From positions 1,056,001 through 1,120,000 of the forward strand of contig OZ223209.1 of the NCBI GenBank assembly GCA_965140415.1: a stretch of 64,000 nucleotides of DNA. The letters are read 5' to 3'. Shown here in pieces: positions 49,279-64,000 of this stretch; position 1 is the stretch's first letter; the number at the start of each line of letters is the position of its first letter. This DNA is from Myxococcota bacterium. GTDB lineage: Bacteria > Myxococcota_A > SURF-8. Under the pieces are notes generated by a model, which saw only the letters and a program-made list of their open reading frames with translations, did no database searches and was not told the DNA's origin. Position numbers and translations under genes: made by a program.

Positions 49279-51272
49279 TATTGCTTCCTCTTCTCAACTT
49301 TGACCAGAGGAACAATAACTTCTTCGATAGCAATACCTCCATGGCCGATAATTTGGTCGCCTTCTTTGACAAATGCATCATTCCCGGTGGCAACCAATGG
49401 GAAATAATTGTCAGGAAGTCCCGTGGGCTTCCACTCATGTCCAAAAGCAATTTTCGACGATACTTGAGAACGTAGCTCTGGTGTCGGATATATGCGAACT
49501 CTTTCACCACGACTTTCTGCAATAGCACCTTCTGTCGGTCGCCCCTTGCCAATTGATTCTATGTTGCCATGGTCAGATGTGATCCAAATTTGATATCCAT
49601 GGTTGTCCAGATAATTAAGCAATGAAACCAGGTATTCGCCTCGACACCATTGATCTATCTGATTATGCATGCCTGCGGCTCCAAGCTGCATCCCATGCAT
49701 GATCTTATCAACTTTATCTATCACAAGCCCGACAACCTTAGTCTGTGCTGGATTGATTAAACTGTCCATAACGGCCTCAATATCTCCATCTCCGAGGCCA
49801 CGTTTATACGCTATATCTAACTTGGAAATGTCATAGCCTTGCCAAAATTGCTTCCACAGCTTTTCTTCGCTGTTTGTTGAGTTTATTGAGGATGGAAAAT
49901 AGATTGGCGGTTTGCCTGAGAATATTGACTGTCTGGAGACTGACGTGAGCGTTGGTATCCATGCAAATGTTGCAGACTCACGTAGAACCAGCTCACTGTT
50001 TTGATCCTGGATAATATTTCGGACAGTTACCCATTGATCCAACGAAAGCCCGTCGATTACTAACAAGGCTATTTTGTTGCTTTGTTGATCTTCAAGATAT
50101 CGAGCCAGGTGTCGTGGAACATGGTGCAACATTGCCGGGGTCGAGGGCGGCAGATTGATCAGACTGGCATAATGTGTCGCCAACCAATCAGCAAACAGGC
50201 TATTCAGCTTTAGGCTAAACTCGTTATAGCGGTCTAAATGTATTGAGCTACTATCAGCAAATATCAGAGCCGAGAGTTCAGCTCGTTTCATGGCAAGTGA
50301 AAGCCAGTCCGTATATCGTGATTCTATCGATAGTTGAGTCGCTTCAATGAGTTCAAATAGTCGAGAAATCCTGAGATCCTCGTTGCCGGACGTTGATGTT
50401 GAAATTCCGCTTAGAATCCAAGAATCCTTCTCTATCTCCACATCTGGTAAATCAACAGGTGAAAGCTTTCCTTCGATAAACAAGTTGTCGATATAAACTC
50501 GTATATCCTGATGATCAAAAGGTAGCATCTCCGGACCTTCTACCTTAAATCCATAGGCTGTGCGGTCTTTTTTAACCGAGTTTGAATGTTTGAGAGTCTC
50601 TAGAAATACTGGCCACCGTTCTTGAACAAAAGTAAAAAACAGGTCTTCATCTGGAATGATTTTCGACAACTTCCAGTTCTCAAAGCTCTTATTGTTTTTT
50701 AGAACCTCGATCAACCTGTCAGCCAATATAGCTGGAATGGCCGTGCTCCCATAATGCAAGCGCAACAGAAAACGGAAAAGCTCAATTTCTGTTAGAATGA
50801 CTTCTGCTGCAACTCCAAACACGTAGTGAAGGATGAAGTCTTTTGTGGCGTTATCGCCCATGCGATCGGTTGGTGTTTTCGATTGAGCTTCAAATAATGA
50901 ATCCAGCAGGCTACGATCAAGCTGTTCAACAACTGGATAGCTCATGTTGGGAAAAATCTCTCCCAAGTTGAAAGAAAGCTTTCTTCCTACCTGCAGTAGG
51001 TCATAAGGAAGGGCATCAAATTCAGTATCCTGTATTCGCAGAATCACTACAAGGTCTGTGTGTTCTCCCCTGTCCCAAATAGAGCGATATCTTGATTCAT
51101 AGGCATATCTAAACTCAATCGGATCGTTAAATTCAATGAGATCGAAGCCACGCTCTCTAAGTTTTGTTGCCAACTTTTCTTCAGTCAATAGACAATCCGG
51201 ATCGGATACCAAAGTTAGTTTGGCAACATTGGGTACGAAATCTTTAAGGATGGTGTCTCGCCAGCTAGTCAC
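49278..51272 (-). CDS. pglZ: BREX-3 phosphatase PglZ
   Basis: LLVIDGLSLDQW, FAWIPTLTSVSRQ, DKIMHG, ITSDHGN and GHGGIAIEEVIVP; GTG start after a GGAGGT RBS. Confidence 0.92.
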   Translation of the reverse strand: MTSWRDTILKDFVPNVAKLTLVSDPDCLLTEEKLATKLRERGFDLIEFNDPIEFRYAYESRYRSIWDRGEHTDLVVILRIQDTEFDALPYDLLQVGRKLSFNLGEIFPNMSYPVVEQLDRSLLDSLFEAQSKTPTDRMGDNATKDFILHYVFGVAAEVILTEIELFRFLLRLHYGSTAIPAILADRLIEVLKNNKSFENWKLSKIIPDEDLFFTFVQERWPVFLETLKHSNSVKKDRTAYGFKVEGPEMLPFDHQDIRVYIDNLFIEGKLSPVDLPDVEIEKDSWILSGISTSTSGNEDLRISRLFELIEATQLSIESRYTDWLSLAMKRAELSALIFADSSSIHLDRYNEFSLKLNSLFADWLATHYASLINLPPSTPAMLHHVPRHLARYLEDQQSNKIALLVIDGLSLDQWVTVRNIIQDQNSELVLRESATFAWIPTLTSVSRQSIFSGKPPIYFPSSINSTNSEEKLWKQFWQGYDISKLDIAYKRGLGDGDIEAVMDSLINPAQTKVVGLVIDKVDKIMHGMQLGAAGMHNQIDQWCRGEYLVSLLNYLDNHGYQIWITSDHGNIESIGKGRPTEGAIAESRGERVRIYPTPELRSQVSSKIAFGHEWKPTGLPDNYFPLVATGNDAFVKEGDQIIGHGGIAIEEVIVPLVKVEKRKQ

Positions 51273-52530
51273 AAACACCTCCATCACAAATATTGAGCAT
51301 TAAAAGAGGCCGCATTTCCGGTACGATCTGCCGGGCCGATTTAAGCTCGCTTCTCCACTGTGCTTCATCTTCCTCCAGACGAGACATTCTGAACAGCCTT
51401 ACTTCAGGTAGTCCTAGTCGATCAATGGCTTTGCGACGGGATGCAAAGGCGATCCTGCCACGCTCTTCTTCACGAGTCACTGCTTTCAAATGGGCTTCAT
51501 GCATAGTGTCAAACAACTCTTGACCGGCCTGTTCAGCTTCGGATAGAAGCTTTTCTCCAAACTCATTGGATTCATTAGATTCCATCAAGTCAACTATACG
51601 AACATCATTGGTCAACAACTGATCCCAGATGTGTCTTGCAGTTGGCATAAACAGCTTTCCTTCATTGCTGACGAAAGCCGGAAGGTAGCTTCGCCTCATC
51701 AGAGGGATTCGGATTTGAGAGTTGGCTGGTTGCTGAACAGAGATACGTATCTCAAAAAGCCCCCATAGACCCGTAACCGTCTTAGGAAGACCGCTTATCG
51801 ATACATTAGGCACAGGCTGCCCAGGAATAAATTGAGGAAGATTCATGGCTAAGCCACGAACCCGTGCATTCTCAAGTGACAAGAGATTGCCATCAGACAA
51901 GAGGTTCTTGGATTGAAAAACTCCGCTTTGCACCCTTTCACCATCTGGCCATTCAAAGTTCCAACCGAGAAGATCCTTTTCAAGCTTGCACTCTTTCATT
52001 TTCAGATAGTGCGTCGTCATTCGTTCGATCCAGTGGGGCAAAGGATGACTTCGTAGTTTTTCAGCAGTCTGCAAGTCCGGATCTTCAGATATTCCATATA
52101 CGGCACATTGCTTGCGAACTTGCTGCACTTCGTCCTGCAGGTTTTTTATAGTTTGGTCAACCTCCATATCTGGATCAGAATCTTCCATAATGACCTGAGT
52201 CATCATCTTCTCGATCATTTCACCAGATAGAGATGTGTCCAGAATATCGTTGGCTTTATCAATGCCCATTTCATCCAGAATAATGGACAGTTTTGTTTGA
52301 AGAACTTCCCGAACCCTGCATTCAACTGAGTTTTCATATACAAAATTGACTGCCCGCACGATTTTGCTTTGGCCAATACGATCAACACGACCGATTCTTT
52401 GTTCAATACGCATCGGATTCCATGGCAAATCGTAGTTAACCACCACATGGCAAAACTGCAGATTAAGTCCTTCACCACCTGCATCTGTTGCAATAAGAAC
52501 TCTAGCTTTATCACGAAATTCACGTTGGGC
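51265..52530 (-). pseudogene. C-terminal fragment of SNF2-like helicase (BrxHII-like)
   Basis: LIATDAGGEGLNLQFCH, NYDLPWNPMRIEQRIGRVDRIGQ; no Walker A or DEAH half; upstream sequence is transposase DNA. Confidence 0.85.
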
Positions 52531-53260
52531 GAAGGTGCTGGGCGTCTTTCTGTCCGCCTCCGCTGTTCGCAACATTCTCAATCGTCCCCAGCCCAAAGAT
52601 CCGTCTCCGGCGAAATGCGTGGAGAAACGGGAGCTTCTGGACGAAAACAGCTGCCGGATTCCGGCCTGGTATCCCAACCATTTGTGGAGCGTGGACTTGA
52701 CCGAGGTCTATTACTGGGGCTTATGGAAAATCTACATCTTCGTGGCCATCGACCATTTCTCCCGCAAGGTCGTCTGCGTGACTCCCCTGGAAGGTCCGAA
52801 CTCCGGCTGGGTGATCAACGCGCTGGAAGCGGCTTTCGCGCAATTCGGCGTCCCCAAACATCTGGTCAGCGATCAGGGGACACAGTTCATTAGCGCCGCC
52901 CTTGCGGAATTCCTGGGCTTGGATGAATACCAGGTCAAGCATCGTTTCGGCGCGGTAGGACAACATGGCAGCATCGCGGTGACGGAGCGGGTGATCGAAA
53001 CCCTGAAATACGAGTGGCTCAAGCGTGTGGCCATTATACGCGGGTACAAGCATCTGCTGGCGCTTTGCGAAGACTTCGCGGAATGGTACAACGACTGGCG
53101 ACCGCACGAGTTTCTGGGCAGTGCCACGCCAAGTGATGTCTACCGGGACAAGGCCGTCCCCTTCGTTCCAAGAATTGCCAAGGCCGTGCCGGAGCACATA
53201 GAGGTCAAGCGCTTCGCCGAGACGAAGGTCACCGGCTATCAGCTGAAGCGGGCGGCGTAG
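52530..53260 (+). pseudogene. 5'-truncated integrase core transposase
   Basis: WSVDLT, AIDHFSRKV, VSDQGTQF, ERVIETLKYE and YNDWRPHEFL; the N-terminal HTH region is missing. Confidence 0.8.
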
Positions 53261-53849
53261 ATTCTCCGGGCGCGAAGGTCATCCTGGCGATCCATCACGG
53301 GCCGACGTGCGCCCGGATGTCGCCAACGGAGGCTACGTCTGTAAGGAAATCCTTTCTGGACCTCTTTCCGCCAGCTCGCAATCGCCTTCCCAAGATCGGA
53401 TCCGTCTCATTTTTCAGTTTTCAGAGAGCGAAACGCACCGAAATCCGCTCACTCGCGACTGTCCCATTCAAGCTGGACAGGGACACGCATTGGCTTTACA
53501 TGCCGTTCGATCTAGTAGAAAATGGCGTGGGGACTCGTCATGGATCACCTCATTATGGAAACTAGACACTTCCGAGGTTACTCCATGGCGCGTCCCTTTC
53601 AAAATTACTGGGGATAGGTCAGGTCCACTTTCCCTACTTTATTGATATTCATTGCAATTTAGCATCTGATTCACTACAATCCCTCTGTCACCTACCTTGT
53701 TGTTAAGAAAAAGGTAAAATCCGCGAATATGCGGAAGTCTTCAAATATCCAAAGATGTATCAACCATGGCTGGAAGCGAGGCTATGTTGTATGTAAGCCT
53801 GAAACGATAAGATTGTCTTATCACACATGCAGGGAAACCGGAGAAATCG

Positions 53850-56800
53850 ATGGCGAAGGACAACAACCAGAATGACTCGGGAACGCTGTCTTTTTCAGAG
53901 TCACTTCTCGATTTCATCCGCAAAGCCCACGAGCGCTTTCTGGCGACCGACGATTCGGGCGAGGTCTTCAAGTTTCTGCTGGAATCTCTCGTCAGCCTGA
54001 CGGACAGTGAATACGGTTTTCTGGACGAGGTGCTGCGCGACGACAATGGCGATTTGTACAAACTGAGCCTCGCGCTATCCGACATCTCCTGGGACGACGA
54101 CTCCCGCAAGATCTACAATGATCTCGTGGCCCGCAATCTGGAGTTTCGCAACCTGAGCAACCTGAGCGGCGCTCCTGCGGTTTTGGGAAAGCTGGTCATC
54201 GCCAACGACGCTCCGCACGACTCCCGTTCCGGCGGCCTGCCCGCCGGGCATCCCTCCATCCAGGCGTACATGGGTCTGCCCCTCTATTTTGGCGGGGAAC
54301 TCGTCGGCGTGGCGGGCATCGCCAACCGACCCGGCGGCTATGATGAAGACATGGCGAAGGCTCTGGAGCCGTTTCTTTCGACCTGCGCCAGCATGATCCA
54401 CGCCACGCGCCAGAGGGAAAAAGTAAGGGGGTACTTGAAAGAAATCGAGGATTCCAACCAGACGATGGGTGCGATTCTAGGAGCCTCGCCCGAGTCCTCC
54501 TTTCTGATCGACACGAACGGCATCGTCCTCAACGGCAACGATATGTTCGCAAAACGGCTGGATCATTCCATTGAGGACCTTCTCGGAAAGAACGTCTTCG
54601 ATTATCTGCCGCAGGAGATAGGAGAGAGCCGCAAACAAAAAGTCAATGAAGCTCTGCAATCCGGGAGGATGGTTCAGTTTGATGACGTGAAGAACGACCG
54701 GATTTTCAGTCATCACATTTTCCCCATTCGGGATCAAAGCGGCACCATCGACCGTGTGGCGATCTTCGGCGCGGACATCACGGAAAAGAGGCGGGCGGAG
54801 GAAGCCATACGACAAAGTGAAATCCGCCTGAAGGAATCAAACCAAGTGCTTTCCGGTATTCTGGACAACACCGATGTTTTAACCGTTTTGCTGGATAGGA
54901 AATTCAATTTCATCTGGGTCAATAAGGCATACGCCAAATCCTGTCGGTTCGAGCCATCATATTTCCCAGGCAAGAATCTCTTCGACCTCTATCCACATCA
55001 GGAAAATGAAGCCATATTCCAGTCGGTTGTTGATAATGGAGAACCGTTTTTCATTACGGCCAAACCTTTTGAATTCCCGGATCAGCCGGATCGTGGCGTC
55101 ACTTATTGGGATTGGAGCCTGATTCCGATAAAGAATCACCGGAACGAAGTAACCCACCTTGTGTTTACATTGCGCGAAGTTACCGAACGAATCCACACCG
55201 AAGCGGCTTTGAAGGAATCCCTCCTACGTGAAACGGAAGCGGTGAAGGCGGCCAACGTGGGCTTCTGGGATTGGGACCTGAAAACGGACAGGGTTCACTA
55301 CTCCGTCGAATGGAAACGGCAGATCGGTTATGAAGACCACGAGATCAATGATGATTTCGAGGAGTGGAGAAGCCGGGTTCACCCTGAGGATCTTGAGGAG
55401 ACCGTCGCCACTGTGCAGGAAGACATTCGCACACTGAGCCGTGATTTTGAAATCCGCTTTCGTTTCCTACACAAGGACGGCTCGTACCGCTGGATTCTGG
55501 CGCAGGGCTCTGTCTTCGGAGATGAAAGCGGGCAACCCGTGCGGATGCTCGGGTCGCACACGGATATTACACGGCTCGTGACGGCTGAGGATGAAGCGCG
55601 AAAGCATCGCCGCGAACTGGAATTGACGGTGAACGCCACAACGGATGGCCTATGGAAGTGGAACTTTCTGACAAACGAAATGGAATTCAGTCCCCGCTAC
55701 TACACCATGCTTGGCTATGAGCCCAACGAATTCCCCGCCGATTTCGACAACTGGAAGGCGCTGATCCATCCGCACGATCTGGACCACGCGCTTTCAGTTG
55801 CGGCGGAGTTTCTGGAGACAAAACAGGACAGCTACGAGAACGAATTCCGACTGAGAACCAAAAGCGGGAAATATAGATGGATCAAGGCAACGGCCAGGGT
55901 CGTGGAGCGCACCAGAGATGGCGAGGCCGTGCGCATGATCGGCAACCACCAGGATGTTACGGAGCACAAGCTGATGGAACGGGCTCTTAAGAAGTCCGAA
56001 CATGAGAAGAGTATCATTCTTGATTCAACCACCGAGATGTTTGCAATCTACGATCTGGATCTTAGAGTGATCTGGGCCAACCGAGCTGCGGGAGAATCTG
56101 TAGGCAAAAACATGGAGGATCTGGTCGGGAAATGCTGCTACGAAATCTGGAATCAGAAAAGAGAGCCCTGCGAAGGCTGTCCGGTGCTAAAGGCAAAGGA
56201 GACGAAAGAACCCCAGGAAACGATGCGAAAAACACCGGACGGAAGGATATGGCGCCTGCGCGGTTATCCCATCCTAGACGACGACGGCAATATCGTGAAT
56301 CTGGTGGTATTCGGTTACGACATCACCGAAAAGAAATTGATTGAGGATCGCAATAGCGCCCTTGCCGAAATGGTGGATTCGGCTCCAAACACCGCCACTG
56401 TTCACGATTCTGAAGGCCGCTTCGTGTACGCCAACCGCAAGACCTTCGAGCTGCACGGCTATACGCCGGAAGAGTTCTTCGCCATCAACCTGCATGAACT
56501 CGATGTGCCGGAGAGCGCGGAGAAGATCGAGGCGCACACCCGCGAAATCATTGAACTTGGCGAATCTACCTTCGAAGTCGGGCACTTTCGGAAAGACGGC
56601 TCCGTATTGCGTTTGGAAGTGTCGGTCAAACCGATTGTTTGGGAAGGAAAAAAGGGCTTTCTCAGCATCGGCCGGGATATCACCGAGCGCAAGCAGGCAG
56701 AGGAGGCAATGATCGCAAGTGAGGCTCTGTTCCGGGAAATGTTCAAGGCAAACGAAGCTGTGATGTTGCTCATTGACCCCAACACTGGCCAAATTGTTGA

Positions 56801-58268
56801 AGCCAATCAAGCCGCTGCTCGATATTACGGATACCCGCTGGAAAATTTGGTGCAGATGAAAATCCAGCAAATAAATGTTTTACCATCGGCAGAAGTTTCT
56901 GAATTAATGGGCAGAGCATTTAACAAACAGGTTAACATCTTCGAGTTTCCGCACTTGCTAGCAAATGGGCAGATTCGTGACGTTGAGGCTTACTCAACTC
57001 CACTAAAAATTCAGAATCAAACACGGCTATTTTCGATTATCAACGATATCACCGAGCGTAAACAAACAGAGGAACGACTACGTAAAAGCGAAGCATCCTA
57101 TCGGGCGCTAACAGAAACGATTCCGGATCTACTCTTTAAAATCGACAAGGATTTGCGCTTTGTTTTCATCCACGCGGGAAGAACGGAAAAGCTCCTGATT
57201 CCGAAAGAGGAAGCGCTAAATAAAAACGCCTACGATCTGCTTCCTCCTGAACTGGCCGAGATGACCGAACGGAACGTGAAAGCCTCTCTGAGTACGGGGG
57301 AGATTTTTGAATACGAGTATTCGCTGCCCGTTGACGGAGGCATCCATTATTACGAGGCCCGAATGCTCCGATGCTCGCCAGACGAGGTCCTGGTTCTGGT
57401 GCGAAACGTCACCGAGCGGAAACAAGCGGAAAACCAATTCCTGGAATTGAATGCGCGAAAGCGCGCCATGCTTGATACCACTTTGCAATCGATCGTTCTT
57501 TTCTCGTCGGCTGGTGAGATCGTGATGCTCAACAAAACTGCGGAGTTCTGGATCAAACAGGTCTATGGACATGACGCAAAGGAAGGTGATTCAGCTTTTG
57601 TTTTTCCCCATCCGGAAGATATCGAATCCTTCCGCTTGAATTTCCGGAAAGCGCTGAACGGGAAAAAAACAGCAGGAGAATGGCGCACCCGCGATCAATC
57701 GGGGAAGGTTTTCTGGTTTGCACTCGATTATCTGCCGATTTGGGAAAATAATGTCGTTTCGGGTATCTGCTTTTGTGCAATGAATATTACGGAGCTGAAG
57801 CTCCTTGAGGAAGAAATCAAGAACCGCCAAACGGAAGCGGAGGAACAGAGCCGGCTTCTCGAAAGAAAGAACATTGCGCTTTCGGAGTTGATCGATCATG
57901 CACGCGTCGAACGTGAACTCTTTGAGAGAAGAATCTCCAATAATATCGAGCAGATTGTACTTCCGATCGTTTCAAGCATGAAATTAGCTAGCGGCGAACG
58001 CCGGGAGGAATATGCTCAATTACTGGAAAACAGCCTGCGCGATCTGCTTTCCGAAAAAGGTTCCAGACTGGCTCGGCCCGAACTTGGCCTGACTCCGCGT
58101 GAAATCCAGATCTGCGAAATGATCAAACAGGGGCTTTCTTCCAAAGAAATCGCCAAGTTGCTTGGTATCGGACTCAGAAGCATTGATAGCCATCGGTATA
58201 ACATCCGCAAAAGACTTGGTCTATCAGATCGTTCATTCAAGCTTATCACCTACCTGAAATCGCTATAA
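53850..58268 (+). CDS. GAF + nine PAS domains + LuxR HTH one-component regulator
   Basis: GAF (GLPAGHP...YMGLPL..GVAGIANR); nine PAS units ending in DITE-like motifs; LTPREIQICEMIKQGLSSKEIA...HRYNIRKRLG. Confidence 0.9.
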   Translation: MAKDNNQNDSGTLSFSESLLDFIRKAHERFLATDDSGEVFKFLLESLVSLTDSEYGFLDEVLRDDNGDLYKLSLALSDISWDDDSRKIYNDLVARNLEFRNLSNLSGAPAVLGKLVIANDAPHDSRSGGLPAGHPSIQAYMGLPLYFGGELVGVAGIANRPGGYDEDMAKALEPFLSTCASMIHATRQREKVRGYLKEIEDSNQTMGAILGASPESSFLIDTNGIVLNGNDMFAKRLDHSIEDLLGKNVFDYLPQEIGESRKQKVNEALQSGRMVQFDDVKNDRIFSHHIFPIRDQSGTIDRVAIFGADITEKRRAEEAIRQSEIRLKESNQVLSGILDNTDVLTVLLDRKFNFIWVNKAYAKSCRFEPSYFPGKNLFDLYPHQENEAIFQSVVDNGEPFFITAKPFEFPDQPDRGVTYWDWSLIPIKNHRNEVTHLVFTLREVTERIHTEAALKESLLRETEAVKAANVGFWDWDLKTDRVHYSVEWKRQIGYEDHEINDDFEEWRSRVHPEDLEETVATVQEDIRTLSRDFEIRFRFLHKDGSYRWILAQGSVFGDESGQPVRMLGSHTDITRLVTAEDEARKHRRELELTVNATTDGLWKWNFLTNEMEFSPRYYTMLGYEPNEFPADFDNWKALIHPHDLDHALSVAAEFLETKQDSYENEFRLRTKSGKYRWIKATARVVERTRDGEAVRMIGNHQDVTEHKLMERALKKSEHEKSIILDSTTEMFAIYDLDLRVIWANRAAGESVGKNMEDLVGKCCYEIWNQKREPCEGCPVLKAKETKEPQETMRKTPDGRIWRLRGYPILDDDGNIVNLVVFGYDITEKKLIEDRNSALAEMVDSAPNTATVHDSEGRFVYANRKTFELHGYTPEEFFAINLHELDVPESAEKIEAHTREIIELGESTFEVGHFRKDGSVLRLEVSVKPIVWEGKKGFLSIGRDITERKQAEEAMIASEALFREMFKANEAVMLLIDPNTGQIVEANQAAARYYGYPLENLVQMKIQQINVLPSAEVSELMGRAFNKQVNIFEFPHLLANGQIRDVEAYSTPLKIQNQTRLFSIINDITERKQTEERLRKSEASYRALTETIPDLLFKIDKDLRFVFIHAGRTEKLLIPKEEALNKNAYDLLPPELAEMTERNVKASLSTGEIFEYEYSLPVDGGIHYYEARMLRCSPDEVLVLVRNVTERKQAENQFLELNARKRAMLDTTLQSIVLFSSAGEIVMLNKTAEFWIKQVYGHDAKEGDSAFVFPHPEDIESFRLNFRKALNGKKTAGEWRTRDQSGKVFWFALDYLPIWENNVVSGICFCAMNITELKLLEEEIKNRQTEAEEQSRLLERKNIALSELIDHARVERELFERRISNNIEQIVLPIVSSMKLASGERREEYAQLLENSLRDLLSEKGSRLARPELGLTPREIQICEMIKQGLSSKEIAKLLGIGLRSIDSHRYNIRKRLGLSDRSFKLITYLKSL

Positions 58269-58370
58269 TACTTAGGTAATACTTAAAAACAAACAGTATT
58301 AATTTGGTGTCAGGCCGACGGTACGTATATTGTATAATCGGATGAAATCGACATGGCATCTGTTTAGGAA

Positions 58371-63528
<5,158 letters not shown>

Positions 63529-63536
<8 letters not shown>

Positions 63537-64000
63537 TGCGGAAAAGCGAAAGGAAGCGATCCTGATCGCTGAGGACGACGTGACCTCCCGGATGGTGATG
63601 GAGGGCTTCATTTCCAAGATGGGTTACGAGCCGATTTCCGCCTCGAACGGCAAAGAGGCCTGGGATGTTTTGCAAAAGCCCGATGCACCGGCTCTGGCGC
63701 TCATCGACTGGGAAATGCCTGAAATGGACGGGCTGGAGGTCGTTCGGAAAATAAGAGCGGAGTTGCCACACCAATTTTCCTATCTCATCATGGTGACGGG
63801 AAAAAGCGCTCGCGAGGAGATCATCGAGGGAATCAGCCAGGGTGCGGATGATTATGTGGTCAAGCCTTTTGATAGCAAGGAGTTGGGGGTCCGAATACGC
63901 GCAGGTCTTAGGATTGTGGAATTACAACGGGAGCTTGTGGAGGCCAATAGAAAACTGGATGAACTTGCCAAGACCGATGGTCTCACCGGCTTCTATAATC
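63529..64000 (+). CDS. Response regulator, probable REC-GGDEF diguanylate cyclase (3' partial)
   Basis: Translated by hand: MADAEKRKEAILIAEDD...IDWEMPEMDG...GADDYVVKPF...LAKTDGLTGFYN; DxLTGxxN typically begins a GGDEF domain. Confidence 0.85.

Noticed and set aside
52531-52677. N-terminus of the 470-aa ORF 51265..52677
   Set aside because: It is antisense transposase sequence fused in frame by the junction, not helicase sequence
53307-53645. Short ORFs downstream of the third transposase
   Set aside because: No recognisable motifs; probably non-coding IS end sequence whose boundary I could not define

Overview
Bacterial chromosomal window, probably from a Myxococcota/deltaproteobacterium-like organism (inferred from MYXO-CTERM-like tails and many Cys-rich, acidic lipoproteins). 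In order it holds: the 3' end of ileS; a translationally coupled three-gene nitrogenase-like operon (NifH/BchL-type Fe protein plus two very divergent component-1 subunits, one with a ~280-aa unknown N-terminal extension, and no nif, bch or cfb accessory genes in the window); an SGNH hydrolase; a zinc PLC/P1-like surface protein; a NifS-SelD fusion; a GH38 alpha-mannosidase; a (DGDTPV)n lipoprotein followed by three paralogous collagen-like fibre proteins with divergent lectin-like tips; two Cys-rich lipoproteins; a His-rich DUF2946-like leader followed by three lipoproteins and a TonB receptor (probable metal uptake); a Dph6-like ATPase divergent from a cobalamin riboswitch that heads a ~11.5-kb operon (four-repeat lipoprotein, BtuH-like lipoprotein, BtuB, beta-propeller lipoprotein, BtuFDC, CobQ); an IS-disrupted block with three rve transposases, an HD-GYP pair, a truncated response regulator and a BREX type 3 remnant (brxHII fragment, pglZ, brxA-like); and a signalling cluster (GAF-9xPAS-LuxR regulator, hybrid kinase, partial REC-GGDEF). 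The best candidates for undescribed biology are the orphan nitrogenase-like reductase, the riboswitch-controlled four-repeat lipoprotein, and a recurrent DGD acidic linker in predicted surface proteins. All calls come from motif recognition by eye; no searches were run.
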